Shown: positions 61,373 through 64,000 of the stretch, in pieces
How positions within the stretch are numbered: position 1 is the first letter of the stretch
Layout of the letters: every line of letters begins with the position of its first letter
NCBI RefSeq assembly: GCF_902652985.1
Contig: NC_047027.1
Span: forward strand, 12,090,001-12,154,000
Length of the DNA stretch: 64,000 bases
Direction: 5' to 3'
From: Pecten maximus
Taxonomy: Eukaryota
Translations under genes and position numbers: made by a program
The notes under the pieces: model-generated
What the model was told of the DNA's origin: nothing
The model's input: the letters and a program-made list of their open reading frames with translations, nothing else
Database searches by the model: none

Positions 61373-62245
61373 ATGTGGTTCACGTTTTACATGGCCGTCG
61401 TCGTGGTGAGCAGCATCACTCTCTGTCTTTGGACCATGGACGCATTTCGGGCAGATCACTACCTATCGATATATCAACCAGACACTTTCGCCGAATTCCG
61501 AAACTCCTCCGAAAAATGGATGCGTTTGATGCTGACAGACCCGATATTGTCTGTACTTATCATAGACGCGCTATGTATGCTTATATTTACATTCGAATTT
61601 GTCGTCCATGTTTTAATTAGTCCCCGGAAACGACTTTTGCTCAAGCGACCCATCAACATAGTAACAATTCTCGTGATTGTTGTCATGTGGATAGGATTTG
61701 TGCTGGAATTCACCAAAGAAAAAATGGCTGCCAGCTCATCGACACGCCATTTCTTCTTCGCCTGTAAAGCTCTTACTATGGGGAGGCTGCTCTTATTTCT
61801 GAGACTGGGGAACCAATTCCGAGCGCTGCGCGTGTTGATAAAAAGTATCCGAGCAAGTCTGTTTGAACTGTTGCTGATGATCCTAACTTTTGCGATAGCT
61901 GCTCTTATCTTCGGTAACATGATGTTTTTTGTACAACTGGAGGAAATGGATGGCAAAGACAATCTCTTTATTTGGGTGTGGTGGGCTATAATTACAATGA
62001 CAACCGTTGGATATGGCGACTATTTTCCAACTACTTTGCTTGGTTACGTTGTGGGAGTGACTTGTGCAATATGTGGAGTCGTCATTCTGGCAATGCCCAT
62101 AGCAGTCATCTCGTCAAACTTCTCCGCGTATTACACACTTAGCAAAGACAAAGGTAGAATGGCTAAGATACGCAGGCGCGAAATGAAAAGTCTTAAAGAA
62201 AGTCAGGACGATACAAAACTTCTAATCAAGTCAGATTCTAGCTGA
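61373..62245 (+). CDS. Voltage-gated K+ channel, Shaw/Kv3-like, exon 2 (S1-S6, pore)
   Basis: Acceptor ttgtag, phase 0. WWAIITMTTVGYGDYFP pore, S6 GVVILAMPIAVISSNF. Total 440 aa. Confidence 0.93.
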   Translation: MWFTFYMAVVVVSSITLCLWTMDAFRADHYLSIYQPDTFAEFRNSSEKWMRLMLTDPILSVLIIDALCMLIFTFEFVVHVLISPRKRLLLKRPINIVTILVIVVMWIGFVLEFTKEKMAASSSTRHFFFACKALTMGRLLLFLRLGNQFRALRVLIKSIRASLFELLLMILTFAIAALIFGNMMFFVQLEEMDGKDNLFIWVWWAIITMTTVGYGDYFPTTLLGYVVGVTCAICGVVILAMPIAVISSNFSAYYTLSKDKGRMAKIRRREMKSLKESQDDTKLLIKSDSS

Positions 62246-62849
62246 TATGCTTTTGCTCATTGAAATGCTTTGTAATAATAAGTTTAAGTTACTTTGTACC
62301 ACTATAGCACAGCAATATACATTATCAGTCGTTGTTATCGTACCTATAGCAACCAGCAAAGGTTTTCTCAACTTCCCGGATAGCATACAGCCGGTACTGA
62401 CATCTCGGCGCGAACAACTCATACAGGACATTTCATATCACTTTATCATCTATGGCGTGTGGAATGTTGCAATATTCATAGAATTTATGTGTATGTTCTA
62501 AAAATAAATACATATATTTGTTCAAGGTGACTCATACGTTCTTAAATGTTTTCTGACTTTTCTCTCTGACTTCCCTTATTGTATTGCATTGTCAAAGAGA
62601 CTCCAGGCATCTGAGTTTGACATCCGTCCTCATAAGGTAAGGGCGTTAAAATCCTAAAACAAAAAAACAACCAAGTCACACTTTAAAGCTGAACATCAAT
62701 CAAACAGGGCAAGTAGACTGTGTTTACTAACGCAACCATGACTGCGGATACAATTGCTAGGCTCTTTTTAATTTAATTTTTTCAATACTAGTGTAACTCT
62801 GGTAAATATTAGTTTAGCGATATACCGCTCAGCTAGAGATATCTTCTCT

Positions 62850-62891
62850 TTAGCTCGATCGGTAGAGCGTAAGACTAGTAAGCCAGAGGTA
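62850..62891 (+). mobile_element. tRNA-derived SINE head fragment
   Basis: tagctcgatcggtagagcgtaagactagtaagccagaggt has an A box and anticodon-like arm but no T arm. Confidence 0.45.
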
Positions 62892-62987
62892 TAAGATGAT
62901 GTACAAGGATCACATTGTTATTCTATCTTTGCTATTCAATGAGTGAATGACCAATCAATTTTATTGAATTGGTATCTTATCCTTCAG

Positions 62988-63183
62988 ATAGAAATTTTGT
63001 TGTATATTCTCCTTTCAATGCTACAGATCTCAATGCCCCTGCCATACTCCAGTATGCAGCGTTCGGCTGTCATGCCTGTTCAGCTTTTGGCTTCTTTCTC
63101 GCCATCTTGCCAGACACATCCGTATCTCAAAGAAGGATTTTGTTGCAGTTGTGTCCTAAGTTTTGCTTTATACCATATAGGAG
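62988..63183 (+). CDS. Possible isolated internal exon (hydrophobic, Cys-containing), product unknown
   Basis: Strong acceptor tcttatccttcag and donor GAG|gtaagt. Two frames are open, and GC content is higher than the flanks. Confidence 0.3.
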
Positions 63184-63546
63184 GTAAGTATTTTATTATC
63201 AACACTGGCATCAGGGCTAATGAATGGTGGTTAAGTAGGTAAATTTTGGTTTGATTTTGTTTAGTACTCTTCAACGCCCTCTTTACAGCTAATGTCCCAT
63301 CAGGGGGGCGTCCACTGTGTGTGAGACGCATACGTCTCTTAAGTATGTAGTCACGTGTGCATCTGCTCCGCGAACATGTATTCAGTACTGCCCGATGTTA
63401 CTGGACCAACTCAGATTCGAATTGAGTTGTTGTTTGTATCAATAGAAAATTATGCCCAAAGACATATCAACAGTGAACATAAATACATTAACAACAAGAA
63501 CTGACAGTGACTAGAAACAACATCACTAAAATACCTACCGTAGCGG

Positions 63547-63768
63547 TAACAATGGCCGCGTAAACATGACACTCCATCCATAAAAAGTAACCTTGGTGAT
63601 TACAACACAACACACACACACACCCCTAACAATGGCCGCGTAAACATGACACTCCATCCATAAAAAATGACCTTGGAGATTACAACACAACACACACACA
63701 CCCCCTAACAATGGCCGCGTAAATATGACACTCCATCCATAAACAGCAACCTTGGAGATTACAACACC
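63547..63768. repeat. ~79-bp tandem repeat x3 with CA tracts
   Basis: taacaatggccgcgtaaacatgacactccatccataaa...ccttggagattacaacac. Confidence 0.9.
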
Positions 63769-63799
63769 CCATCCCCCCTCCCTCCCCCCCCCCCCCCCC

Positions 63800-64000
63800 T
63801 CTCAGGTAGGGCGAAAGAATTGTACCTGCTGCCCCCATTGCAAGAGGCGACTAAATTTGGGATCTTATCTTTTCTCTTCTTTCTTTACAGCTTTCTTCTT
63901 CCAAATGTCTCCCACTTTTGGCATTTAGTTTAGCGTTCGCCCCTGTGAGGAAGGCTTTGGGTTCTGTCCCCTGGCCAAGACATACCAGTCTTTAAAAATG
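63800..64000 (+). mobile_element. 5' part of the SINE family seen at 48404, running off the window end
   Basis: cacttttggcatttagtttagcgttcgcccctgtgaggaaggctttgggttctgtcccctggccaagacataccagtctttaaaaatg. Confidence 0.75.

Overview
This is AT-rich eukaryotic genomic DNA. The SINE, Helentron-associated (HINE) and MITE repeat types suggest a bivalve mollusc (inference). Four protein-coding genes can be reconstructed by hand with phase-consistent GT-AG junctions. (1) An intronless class A peptide-receptor-like GPCR (5528-6613, -). (2) A secreted mosaic protein of 6 coding exons (26409-14399, -): signal peptide, [Sushi-like + Kringle] x2, a long Ser/Thr-rich stalk with 12-aa repeats, and a C-terminal PAN/Apple-like domain. 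A 1-nt frameshift lies before the PAN segment, and a TTAA-targeting transposon sits exactly at the stop codon. (3) An 11-exon TOMM70 (55088-37443, -; about 597 aa). (4) A 2-exon Shaw/Kv3-like potassium channel subunit (59394-62245, +; 440 aa) with a degenerate voltage sensor and S6 gate, head-to-head with TOMM70. The rest is dense with minisatellites (units of 17-155 bp), tRNA-derived SINEs, HINE-like elements, MITEs and hairpin elements, several of them nested. The most notable non-coding items are a 3-kb array of about 74 TACTAAC-tgt-TAAT units between TOMM70 and the Kv gene, a 2.1-kb G-quadruplex-motif satellite in a TOMM70 intron, and satellites that appear to have arisen from transposon subregions. 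No CRISPR, rRNA or intact tRNA genes were seen.
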